From Amoebophrya sp. A120 (lineage: Eukaryota > Protista > Dinoflagellata), in NCBI GenBank assembly GCA_905178155.1, contig CAJINV010000005.1, positions 4,009,556-4,073,555 of the forward strand: a stretch of 64,000 bases of DNA, given 5' to 3'. The position numbers were made by a program, and so were the translations under genes. Below are positions 38,267 through 49,900 of this stretch, piece after piece (position 1 is the first letter of the stretch; each line of letters begins with the position of its first letter). The notes under the pieces were generated by a model. It was not told the origin of the DNA, searched no databases, and saw nothing but the letters and a program-made list of their open reading frames with translations.

Positions 38267-39541
38267 CACTACAGCGGGTCTACAAGGACCTTGACGTGTA
38301 GACCACACGAACTATGGATTCAGCCGCAGGGAGAGGAATGTAGGGGGGAATGACACGACTTCTAGGTATTGCAAGTGCAATAAACAACTTAGGGAAGTAT
38401 CACGAAAAAAAGTTGCAGGAACCAATGTGGAGTGGAGGTAGTCGAACAGCAACGTAGTTATTTTGATTGAGATTTCCGTGCTCACGCTCAGAGGACAGGA
38501 AATCACAAACTAGAAAATTGGAATTGATTCACAGTCAGGACGAATAAATAGATTATTATACACAGGGTGGCACTCAACCTTGATTTTTCCACGTCGAGAT
38601 GGATTAGCAATCGTCAAACGTACATCTACTAAACCGAAACAGTACTACTGATAAACTCGTACTCGTCCGTCGCTGTAACTTACTTCTTATCTATGCAGGT
38701 AGGGTAGTCCAGGAAGAACTAAATAGACAATATGCAGCTGGGCAAGAATACCGAAAACGTGCCTGTCCTCGAAGTAGCTTTTTCTTTTGTTCCTGTTGGT
38801 TATGGTTGCTTGTCTCGGTTGTTTCGGGAAGATAGTGGTGCCTTCACACTAGGACTACTCGATGAGTTCATTTATCGCTTTCGTCCAGTGCATTTTACGA
38901 AACCTCGGATCCCGACGGTACAACTTCACATCAATGCTATCGTATGCCACAAACCCCAACGAGATCTCCTTTTGGTATTGGATTTGGCTGCTATCTTCCT
39001 ACAACCCTAGCCGAGCGGTAACGGGACTTCTAGACTGACATTGGAGCCATTAGCATGCACATTTTCTCACCCTCGGAGACGCGATGCACAGGTAGAAATC
39101 ATCGCAAAAAGTTTCGATGAGAGTTTCTGCTTTTCATTTTTTGATCCAGTCGCATTCTTTGAATTTTCAGCGCGCGGGGGGGTCGACGAAGTTGTCATGA
39201 CCATCACATCTACTTGATGCCATCGACATGGTAACGGATCGGTATTACCGAACAGATGCGCGAACCTCGAGCGGCCGCGACTCCACATGGATGTGCTTGG
39301 CTCAACAGAAACAGCGTCTGACCGAAACAAAAGAAAAGAGGTACTTACAACATCAAGAGCAGCTACAGCTGAGTGATGCACCATCATCACGTAGTTCAAA
39401 TATTTCCTTCATCAGCGTCATGTGGAAACTAGCCGATACTGTTCAAAACGGCACGAGTCCATCATGTTCAAATAGCGAATAACGGTAAAATAAGTACATC
39501 ACAGGTCAGGAGATACACTGGAATCATGACTTCTTTCATCG

Positions 39542-42500
39542 TTACTTCATTTGGTGGCGAATGTTCATGGCCACGGAATTGCGAAGCTCTTCCGCCAGTT
39601 CCAGCGGTTTGGTAATTCGGGTTGCCCAGTCCTTCAGACGCGCAGTTTCGGAGAAGAAGCGAGCCAGTTATAATTTCCTCAGGTGTTACAATCTCAAACG
39701 TTACAATAGAATATGGAAATCTCAATCTGTGATGCAGGAAGTGCATGATCTAGTACCGTAGTCCCATAGGTTTGCGCATGACAACAAGTTTCGGAACCCA
39801 AAATCCCATTGATATCCGGCGAAATTTGTATTGCGAAAGGCGCAACTCTACGTACGTTCCTCATGCTCTTCATGCAAGACAAAATCCAGACTCTATTGTA
39901 ACGTTTGAGATTGTAACGTTTGCGCAGGACATACCAGTTCTTCCTCCGACTCCCCGATGTACCAGGAAAGCACCTCATCCTGTGCAAAAACGTCCCCACC
40001 CCAGAGTTGTCACGCAAATGCGCAATGACAGGAACATTTGTAATGCGCAGCTCCATGAGAGGCATTTCCAATCGTGTTAGTTTTGGAATTTGTAATGCGG
40101 TAAACAGGATGAGGAAATGGCTTTCTCATGCGGCTTCCTTTGCCAACCAGCACTACACTGCAGAGGGAAACTTGTCATGCACAGCTCCGAAACCTTGGAG
40201 ATTTGTGTTGCTAGATTGCCAACTACTTGACTATAGGGTGGGAACGTTTTTGCAAAGGATACACCTCCACGTTCGGCTTCTCTATTTTGAAGCAGGCCAG
40301 GAAGCGCAGTAGGGCCTCGCATCGAAAAAGGTTGTCGAAGCAGCTGCACAAATCGCCGAGCGGCCCCGTGCACTTTTTCCGCAACCGAAAAAATCGCGGG
40401 AACTGCTTGAGCCGGAAACTATCCACCAGGAGGAGAATGCCGGGATCGTCGTCTGTTGGGTGCAGCAGGTCAGCCTTGATGTGGTCCAGCCCCATGAAAG
40501 CATTGTATACCGCCCGCAAAATACGAAACTCTTTTGCCAAGTGCGGCGGAAGGACTTTTTTCTTGCAGCTCGTCGTGTCTTTACCTTTACTTTCTAGCGT
40601 GGTATCAGCATCTTGCTCTGAAGTAGCTGTAGCGCTGGTCATGGCCTTTAGCTGCATGGCGCACTGATGAAACTGTATGAAATGCAAAAGTGTCTGGGTC
40701 TGGAAGGTTGAAACTTGTGATGCTGTCTTTGGAAGGTTAAAAAAATCTGTATTGCATGGCCAGCAAAAGGAGTTCAGTTTGTGCTACGTGGAGTGGGCGT
40801 TTCTCATGCGGAATACGCATCAGAAGGCCCTTTCAAAATCTGTGACGCTAGGTCATGCATTACAGGCTTCATGGGTTATGCAAAATATGCATGACAAACC
40901 TGGCAATTTTCCAGACCCAGACATTTTTGCATTTGATAAACTGGCCCAAATCCCGGTAGTGCAGCGCCCAAATCGCGTTTGCCGAGTATATCAAATGTAA
41001 AAGTGTCTGGGTCTGGAAGATTCTGAGACTTGTCATGCATGTTTTGCATTGGCCATGATGTCTGTGATGCATGCCCTAGCGTCACAGATTTTTTGAGGGC
41101 TTCGCGATGCCTATTCCGCATGACAAATGCCCTCTCCGCGTAGCAACATTTCTTGCATTGCCTTTGCTGCTCATGCAATACAAATTTTTTTTGGAATGCA
41201 AATTCAGCATCACAAGTTGCATTCTTCCAGACCCAGACATTTTTACATTTCATAGAGTACACAGTCGCCGCAAATTCTGTGTTGCCCAGGTTCTGCACGA
41301 GCAAGTGAATTATCCACAGGTGGTGCAAATAATATCTACCGTCTCCACTGGGTCCGAAGGGGTTTGCATACTTAAAAATTGATCTTGGTTGTCACTAAAT
41401 GTTCTCACTCTGGCTTGGGCGAATTTTTATCTGAATACATCATGATACACCAACATGCCTCTCGTGTCTTCAAGGAGGAGCACACGATCACGAAGCTGCA
41501 GCCCGATGCGATAAATCAATAATGCTTTCATCTGGTTTCCTTGGCCCCAGTCGCCGAAGATACATAAGCATTTGCAGTTGATATCTTGCCGGATCGCACG
41601 CAGCTGATCGGAGACGTAATTCCAGGACTTTTCCTTCGCACCCGTTTCCAACCGCGCAAATGCCTCTTTCAAGACCGCGACTGGGCGCACATCGGTGGCC
41701 TTGGCTTCGCTTGTCAAACGCAAGTACGACTTCTCGAGGGCGAGCGATTTCCCAGTCACGGGCCCGACCGTCACCACCTCCTCGTCATCCGATTCGGGTT
41801 CCTCCGCGGAACTCGTAAGCTGCGCTTGCTGATTTCTATTCATCGGCGCACCCAGAAATGATGAAGATGTCGCTGCCGTTCCGCTTGAAGATGCAGCAGC
41901 AGTGGCTGCACTACTCATCAGCACTTGCGCATTTTTTGCATGCTTATCACCTCCGCCTTCAAAACGTCGCCTCCGGGCTTCCCGGGCGTCGTCTTTCTCC
42001 GTGAGCCCGGCCCAAGCTGTCTTCTGGTGTGACGCAAGCCGTTTTACCATTACCATCTCGTTCTTTTTTGGCTCCGCGGGAATTAGCGTCACCGGTGTTT
42101 TGGTACTACTATGATTGCTACTAGACGTCGCAGCACCTGCTCCAGTGCTCAACATAGTATTGTGGTACCCACCACCAGCTCCTCCACCGCGGCGATGCCT
42201 GTTGGACGAGGCCTCCGCTTTCGTCTTCAGCTGTATTTTCTTGGTCGCAAACCGCATCGTGAGTGGCCGCTGCCGGAGCAGCTCCTCCACCTGGAGACGA
42301 GTCAAAATTGAGGTGTCGATACCGTTCATGGTCAGCAGCCGGGCGTTGACGGCGATCCCGTACTCCTCGAGGTCCATCGGTTCGTAAATGGTGACGGGCT
42401 CGCGGTCCATGGTGGCGGGCTTTACGTCTCCCAACTCCCACTCGAACTCCAGCGTACTGTCGTGCGAGGGAAGCACGATGCTCTTGCGGCTAGTGTTGGC

Positions 42501-42569
42501 AATGTCAGCATAACCATCGAAAAATCGCCGCTTTTTCGTGATTTGGATGGGATTGCGGGAATTCGCCAT
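39542..42569 (-). CDS. SAC3/GANP-domain protein, LENG8/THP3-like
   Basis: VTGKSLALEKSYLRLTSEAKATDVRPVAVLKEAF...YVSDQLRAIRQD|LLVQ...VYS|ANAIWAL..DLGQF|HQCAMQL after removal of five introners. Confidence 0.88.
39669..39933. mobile_element. IR introner, family G-related
   Basis: IR core gttacaatctcaaacgttacaataga; TSD ccagt. Confidence 0.88.
39976..40261. mobile_element. IR introner, family C
   Basis: TIR (c/t)atcct(g/t)tgcaaaaacgt; TSD cacct; can be drawn as GT-AG after TSD base 2. Confidence 0.9.
40676..40938. mobile_element. IR introner, family A
   Basis: Family A TIR; TSD aactg. Confidence 0.93.
40989..41254. mobile_element. IR introner, family A (opposite orientation to 40676)
   Basis: Family A TIR; TSD gagta. 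Confidence 0.93.
41311..41583. mobile_element. Old, degenerate family A-like introner
   Basis: Ends tatcca...tttgcagttgata; flanks diverged (sense CAAGA/ATTCA); removing 278 nt restores RQD|LLVQ. Confidence 0.75.
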
Positions 42570-43545
42570 GTTGTTCAAGGTGGTCGTTCGTTCAATCGTA
42601 GTTTTGATCTCAGGTGGTAAACTTCGACTAGGGATCGTACTTCTAGGACAAAGCACGACTTTACATCGACATGATAATGAGCAGGATCGATGCTGACCCC
42701 GATCGTGTACTACTTCCTAAGCAAACCAATTTCGAAATGAAAAAAATAGAAACATTTTGCGGGAGAATGTCGCTGGTGCGTTGTTCAGATCTAGCAAAAG
42801 CATACTTCAAAGTAAGTAAGTAGCATGCGCATAGTTCTTTGATGTAGAAAATTGTGCTTGCGCGCCTAGTCTGCGAGCTTGATCAGGCAATCGATCCAGA
42901 ACTCCCACCTCCACACTTATTTTTGCTACGTATCCACGGGATCGAAAGGCAGCGTCTGTCGTGCCGGATGGCGATTATAAATAAGGGGATCCTGCTGCTG
43001 CTCACTGTGTTCATCATGTTTCGTCCTTCTGCTGAATGGCAAATGCTCGGAAAAAGTCACAGATTGAATCCCCAGCGAAAGCTTGGCTTTATTAGGAAGC
43101 TTGTTCTTTGAGGACTGGTTGTAAAAGCAGAAAAGTTTCTTCGCGTAGGTTTATAGATTTTGTATTCTCGAGCTGCGGTAGAGGTCGTATTCTATTCATC
43201 TCGAGTTGCGCTTCCTGTTCGTTAACGTAAGTGCATGATCCACCAATCCGCCTATTCGCATTCTGACTTGAAAACAAACTCTTACTTTATTTCTGCTTTT
43301 CGCCTAGTCATGATTGAGATTGACACAGTCATGGTTTTCGTTTTGTACTTTCGCAATCCCAGAAACGTAGCAGCGAAATAGGGGCGCTCATCATGAAAAA
43401 ACCTCGCGTCCTCGGACGAGGCATGATTCGACAAAGCACCTGCGCTACTTCGACAATGCCACTGCCTACCGTCGGCGCTTAGAACTTATGCAGGTGGTCA
43501 TCCAGAAATTCGTGATCCTAGCTGTTCTTCGATACTGCCATATGC

Positions 43546-45339
43546 TTAGTCCGTCGCCACCGCCACAACATCGGCTGAGCCACACAAGGATTCCAGCTCC
43601 CTACGCCAAAACTCGAGACGCTCCGCGTGCAGGTGCCGGAAGCAGTGCGGACCTGATGATTGCAGCGATTCCAGCAATAATACAGTCAGAGCTCCTCCAC
43701 CCTTGCCGAAGACGCGTAGCCAGAAGTCATTTTTCGATTTCACGTTGCTGAAACGGGCGCGTGCCAACTGCGCGACCAAATCGGTCGCTGCGGGCTGCCG
43801 ACTCGCCTGCAGGAAAAGGGTGCTGGCCAGGGAGTCGCTCTGCGTGCCCAGTCTGGGATCCTCCGGAAAGGCCACGTAAATCACTTTGCGGGCCTGCATC
43901 ACGGCGTTCCGGTTTGCAGCCAGCACGGCATGCTGTCGAATGTCCGGGATGCGCCGCTCCCGCTGCGAGCGGACGACCGAAATTTTCTCCGTCAGTGCGC
44001 GCAGAAAGGGCGGTAGAGATTCCGGGGAAGCCAACATAATCTCGTCGTAGCGACGCTGCCACTGCATTCCCAACGGCATATTCAGATGCTGCTCGTGTCG
44101 AACGCTCGTCCCTACGAGAGCGGCAGAAGAGGTGGAGCGTGAGGTCCGTTTATTAAGGGACGTAATTTTTCCATCTGTAGGAGAAGTCGCAACCGCAAGA
44201 CTTGTCGCGCTGCTTCGACTGGCGCATGAGGAGATTGCAGCAGTATCTTTAGTGTAGCCGGAGCAGCGCTGGTCCTGCTGTTCTCCATCTTGGGTCGTGC
44301 TTCCTTTTGCAGTTTGGGCGCTTGTTGTCCCGGCAACCGTCAATCTCCCGTCTGAAGATTTCGAAGCTAAGAAACAATGTGATGCAGCTTCTTGTTCTGC
44401 TCCCCTAAGACTAGGAGTCGCATGATCAAGATCTTCGGATTCCGTTGCCCCATGCATCATCAAACGGGAAAAATCATCGTCAGCGACAGCATCGTGAGCA
44501 GCAGCAGGACCGCCTAGTACAACTTCGTCCGACCGTAGGCTGCTGGAAAGGTACGGATGACGCGTGGTCTCTTTGCCTTCGTCTAAAAACACGTCGCTGT
44601 CCCCTACAGAAATCTTTCTGTTGTCGTCAGGTCTTTCACTTTCTTCTTCTTGAAGTCGGTCGGTTGCGCGTGCAGTATGTTGATCCCTATTCCATTCGTT
44701 TTCCCTGTCTATTGATACCACACTCGCCGCACACCTGTAGGTCATGGCCCACCTCTTTAAATCGTGCCAGTAGCGTGCGACGCACGTGCCTGGGCCGCGG
44801 ACGCTCGCATGCTGGCCTCCACTGGTGGGCGCGCCAGACAGGAACGACAGGCGTGGCGAATGCAACTGTGGGGGCCTGCCCACCAGCGCTATGCCGTGTC
44901 TCTGCTGCAGCATTCTCGACGAGAGCTGGGTCGACGACAAGCCGGCATCTACTTCCGTACGGACACCACAAGCTGCTGGAAGGTTGGATGTCGCGCCGCT
45001 ATCTTCTCGTCGATCTTCTGCTCCGCTGGAGGAACCTGCTTGTTCGAGTCTTTGCCAACCTGAGGTGGAGAACAAACATGATGACGGGAGCACGATAGGA
45101 TGCCGCATTCGCGTCTGCAATGTTGCACAGGTTGAGGTTTGCCTTCGCTCCACTCCATCTGCGACAGCCTGTGCAGATGCTACTGGATTCAAAGTGTGCT
45201 GGCTCTGCCGTGCTGTCCCAGAGCTGCCTGTTCCTCGCGATGCACGCGAAAACTTGGGCGCGTTAAGCAGAAAACCCGCACGAAAAAATGTTGCTGCACT
45301 CGATACAAATGCCGCGTGTCGCGATGTGAAGCAGAGCAT
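43546..45339 (-). CDS. Hypothetical protein with an R/S/F-rich, mitochondrial-presequence-like N-terminus
   Basis: 597-codon ORF starting at ATG; no family recognised. Confidence 0.6.
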   Translation of the reverse strand: MLCFTSRHAAFVSSAATFFRAGFLLNAPKFSRASRGTGSSGTARQSQHTLNPVASAQAVADGVERRQTSTCATLQTRMRHPIVLPSSCLFSTSGWQRLEQAGSSSGAEDRREDSGATSNLPAACGVRTEVDAGLSSTQLSSRMLQQRHGIALVGRPPQLHSPRLSFLSGAPTSGGQHASVRGPGTCVARYWHDLKRWAMTYRCAASVVSIDRENEWNRDQHTARATDRLQEEESERPDDNRKISVGDSDVFLDEGKETTRHPYLSSSLRSDEVVLGGPAAAHDAVADDDFSRLMMHGATESEDLDHATPSLRGAEQEAASHCFLASKSSDGRLTVAGTTSAQTAKGSTTQDGEQQDQRCSGYTKDTAAISSCASRSSATSLAVATSPTDGKITSLNKRTSRSTSSAALVGTSVRHEQHLNMPLGMQWQRRYDEIMLASPESLPPFLRALTEKISVVRSQRERRIPDIRQHAVLAANRNAVMQARKVIYVAFPEDPRLGTQSDSLASTLFLQASRQPAATDLVAQLARARFSNVKSKNDFWLRVFGKGGGALTVLLLESLQSSGPHCFRHLHAERLEFWRRELESLCGSADVVAVATD

Positions 45340-45535
45340 GCTCGTGCACGACGCCAGACTTCTTGCAGAAGTTGTTCAAGGAAGTGGCCGCGAATCCGGC
45401 AGACAACTCGTAAGTACGCGCAGACAGGGAAGGTAACAATCTGGCAGTGCAACTAGTACCGTCGCATTATATTCTACAACTTTTTACCCCATAGGAACGC
45501 TTGTAGCACGAGCTCCTCCACCTCCACCAGGCTCT

Positions 45536-46078
45536 TCAGTGCCGAATCAAACTGCCGACGCCGAGCACGCACCCCATGAAGGCACCGCCTGCGGTATTGA
45601 AGGGAAAAACCCCCCCTCCCCATATTGAAAAGGCATGTTTCCGAAAATCTGTCTTGCTGATTTGAGATCACAAATCGCATTTGTTTTGCAAGAAGGCAAC
45701 TCTACAGTCTCCGCCGCATTATTCGGACGGTTTGTGATGCTGCTTGGGCTACAGCATAGACATTTGTGATGCTAAGCGTCCACGCCAGAAGCTCTGTACA
45801 CAGGCGCGGCATATGCCTCCAATCCTCTACTGCAAGACAGCTTTGATTTGTGTACGGAAATCCGGCATCAGAAACTTCGTTTTGATATGGGGAGGGGGAA
45901 TTTTTTCCTCACAATATGCGGCGGCCTCCTGCCGCAGTCCGTGCAAGTGCCCACCGGCAATAACTCGACGCGTCACAGCCATCGTGGCGCCCAGAATCGC
46001 GCCTACAAACATGCCTTGCGCCATCTGCGCTGCCTTTTGCCGCCAGAAGAACGAGGTCTTACCGGAGACCTCCATCAT
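45536..46078 (-). CDS. ROMO1: Romo1/Mgr2-like small mitochondrial inner-membrane protein (~71 aa)
   Basis: Spliced product ...QMAQGMFVGAILGATMAV...EAAA|GGAFMGCVLGVGSLIRH* matches the Romo1 pattern (human GGTFGTFMAIGMGIRC). Confidence 0.72.
45595..45916. mobile_element. IR introner, family B
   Basis: TIR tattgaagggaaaaa..cccctccccatat; TSD tgcgg. Confidence 0.92.
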
Positions 46079-46955
46079 TGCGCATGCGAAAGAATTATCC
46101 TAAAGCGGAAGACTAAAGAAGTTCATCGAAAAAGGAAACATACACATAGGCCATTGTAATTTCGAATCAAAGCTAAACTGCGTCGAACACGCTCGAAGAA
46201 ATGAGGAATGCTCTTGACAGCGACAGGCAAGAAGGAAAATGCTCCACGACCACGGCTAATATCAGAGCGTAGTCATAAAAGGAAGTATCAATATCTGGGA
46301 AAAGAACGCGCCGAATTTAAACATTTACAAACAAACGGCATCAATGCAAATCATAAAAATTTGCGAATGCGAACGCATGTGCAAAAACTGAAATCCAACG
46401 TGAAGCGAGAAAGCAAAAAGATCTTAACTTTACGCTCAGAAGTACTATTCTCATGATACCGCGCTTTGCAGCTCACCATCACGAATCTGTCAGATCATAA
46501 GTTTCTCATGATATCTACAAGTAATTGTTTATTCATTCGGAATGAGATCGCAGGGTGTACTGACCTTAAATTTCATATTAATTTATTTCGCAACACGTAC
46601 TACTTGTATAGCTCAACAAGCGATCTTCATGAGAAAAACAGCGTGGATCTTCGTTCCTCTTGCTCAAGCTTCTGGACAACCAGTACCTCATGCCAAAACG
46701 GTCATGATCAGAAACACAACAGAGTTGCTACTTTCCCCGGATGTTGACCGAGCACATCCCGTTTTTGCTTTTTGGTGTTGAAGTTTAAATAACCGGCACT
46801 TTGTGTTTACGACTGTAACTGGAGGTACTTAGTGTTGATGGTGTTAGTTTTTGTGCACCATGCCAGCGAAGCGAGTGAAGACGGTCCCCTCGCTGGAAGA
46901 GGTGGTGCTCCAAGAAAACAATTTGCTACGTGAGTAGCCATTTGTCCTGTCTGTG

Positions 46956-49900
46956 CTAGCCATCCGCGCCCGTCTTTCCTGCTCGGCTTTCTTTGCGATT
47001 TGTTGCTTCTTCGTGGGCTCGGATGATTTTGTTCTGCTCGTGTGTGGGCATGGCGACACGCTTATGCCCGGGAAAATCGTTGTACCTACAGTTCTCCCAT
47101 CGTGGAGACCCTGACCGTATGCATAGTTCGAGGATCTTCAGACTGAGGTGAATACAAGACGAGGGAGCACAAATTCATCCGATTCTCGCAAAAACTATGT
47201 TCCACCTACGTGCTGAGAATGGATAAATCATTGCGCCAAAACGCTAACAATAACGCTTTTTTTGGGCATTACCATAATATTGCTGAATCTATAGAAAGAC
47301 CACAGTCTTTGTCTTTACTTTATGTCTTTTCACTGAACAAGCAGCTGATGAGCGCCAAGCTTGATGGCGGTGCGTTCGGTAGTACAACGGGTTTTTCCAC
47401 TGCCGTAGTATTCACGGAAGTCCATGGAAAATTCCCCGACGCCTTGGGTGAGACTGCGCAGCTCCTTCGCATACCCAAACATCTGGCGCAGGGGCACGAT
47501 GGCCTCGATCAAGATGGAGTCAGTGCCCACGGCGACTGTATTCTGTACGGATCCTTCACGGTTGTATCCAGGAAAAAAACACCATCACAATCATACGTAG
47601 GAGGTTTTGCATCAGAAATTTTTTCGCATGACTGTATTGCAAAAACACATCAAAGGGAGATCGCCTATAACTCTTGACATGACTGTGATGCATTTTCGCG
47701 CATGACAAAAATTTTTGTATTGCAAAAATGTGCAAAAGTGATTGCGATGGTGTTTTTTTCTTGAATAGGTTGCTCATCGACTGCACTACTGCTGCTTGCG
47801 TCTCTGTCGGCGCCGAAACCTTGTTTTTTAACGTTTAAATAGACAAACGGACGTCGTCGATATTTCAGGAAAGCTCCATCAGAGCTTGCTTTTAGCAGGT
47901 GCAGACAGGACCAAAAAGTCAGTACTTAAAAATGGCTGCAACTTCTACGCGCAGGCCTGCCGGTGATCAGCACTGCGGGACGTAGCGGTAACTTGATCTA
48001 CAAGATCATGCAGATTCATTTCTGCCACGTAGTGATAGGTCCAGTTGGTAGGCCTCAGGATCGAAGAAATCAACGAAGATGCGCAAGCACAAGCAGCAGC
48101 TACTCCTACTTGAAGAAAAAAATAAAAAAGGCCGCTTGAAAGTATGTAAGTAAGAACCTCGACATTCATGAGCGGTTCGAGAATCTGGGGTGAGGCCTTT
48201 TCCAGGCCGGCTTCTACCGCACCCTTCGCCGCAAGCTGGAACGCAATGTCCGAGGAGTCGTTTTCGTGCGCCTTTCCGTCCGTTACGACAAACCGGAGGT
48301 TGATCAGAGGGTTCCCTGAGAGAAAACCCTGGGAAACAGCATCGCGAAATCCTTTTTCGATGCTCGAATGGTACTGCTTAGGCCTGTATGCACGCTGAGC
48401 GTTGTATCTTCTACTTTATCGTAAAATTCATGAAATTATCCGGCGGCTCTTCCTGATACATTTGCTTTTTGCAATCGTACATGCAAAAAATGGCACTATC
48501 TGTTCGTGGCTTCGATGTCTTTTAGGAGTACGACTAGGATTGCGATTTGCGAATTAATTCTTCCCATAGAAATGATTTGCAGGAGCAACATGTTGCGGGT
48601 CGCATGAAGATACTTGAAAGATTTTTGCGCAGCGTAGTACGTCGTTGCCGGAAAGTTGATTGACAAATTCCACATAGTTGACCGTGTTGCCATTCTCGTC
48701 TACAGTTTTCTCTGGGAGCTCGTTTTCTGGAATCGGCTCGACAAAGCCGGCGATCTTTCCGTATTGCCCGCGGCCCCCGGTCTGCCGTTTGTGCGTGAAC
48801 TCGAAGTTGGCTTTCTGCCCGATATGGGTGTGTCAGGTTTGAAGTCGTCAAAGTTGAAATAGTTTGCCATGCATAAAACAGATACCAGTCGGAAGCCCAC
48901 TTATCAAGCGGCGCATGACAAATTTCCCGAGCACCGGAATCCAATTTGTCATGCTATTTGGGCACAGAAGACTGCTTTTGTCGTGCTCTTTTGGCGGCTC
49001 TATTTCAAACCCTAAATAGGCTCACAATCTGCCTCACTTGCCACCCCGGCAAGACAGGCACTCCATGCCTTGCATTTTATGCATGGCAAATCATTTCAAC
49101 TTTGACGATTTCAATCCTGACGCTTCCATACCCGATGCACTCCTTGTAGCTGACCATGGGCGACCCGGTTTCGACATCAAAAGTAAAAGTGTCTGGCGGG
49201 TCTGGAAGAGTGCATGTTTGTCATGCTTGTCTGGCATGACTCTCAAATCTGTCATGCACGTTACCCAAGAGCGCCATTTTTGTTTTTCTGTCATGCAGAA
49301 ACGCAGTTTGTCATGCAGAATAGGCAACACCTAGAAGTTCAGAAACTTGTCATGCTGAGCCAGCACTTGTGGCCTGCTCATGATACGCCACCCAGCATCA
49401 CAAGTTTCCAGACCCAGACACTTTTGCATTTGATATTCGATCTGCACGCACTTGAATTCTCGCTTCATGCGCTCCAGGTAAATCTCCAGATGCAGCTCGC
49501 CCATTCCGCGCATGATGTGCTCCTTGGTCTCCGGGTCCATGTCCAGGTGGAAGGTTATTACAGTTAAAAACGCCCCCACCCCAGAACTCGGGAGCATTTG
49601 TATTGCAAACCTTTCCAAATCCAATGGAAACACTCCGCGTCTTGCATGTATCAGCATCACAGATTTTCAATTGCGAATAGCGAAAATCTGTATTGCTAAA
49701 GATCCCAGCAACGGCGACGCTTGTCATGCAAGCGATGCTGTATACGACTAGACTCTGCATCAGAAAGATTCAAAATCCTTTCATGCAAGACAAAAGCTTT
49801 ACATTTGGAAACTTCGCATCGCAAATTATTGCAACTTGAACTTTCGGGGTGGGGGCATTTTTCACTGTAATAAAAGTTGGGTCCTGTTCATGTTGAAAAC

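Noticed and set aside
40677-41328. Recurrent short ORFs ([30 protein letters not shown]) as a peptide family
   Set aside because: They are translations of the family A TIR in different frames and strands.
46933-46946. Dinoflagellate spliced-leader relic (gtagccattt)
   Set aside because: It is only a 10-nt partial match, on the non-coding strand and 3' of a gene.
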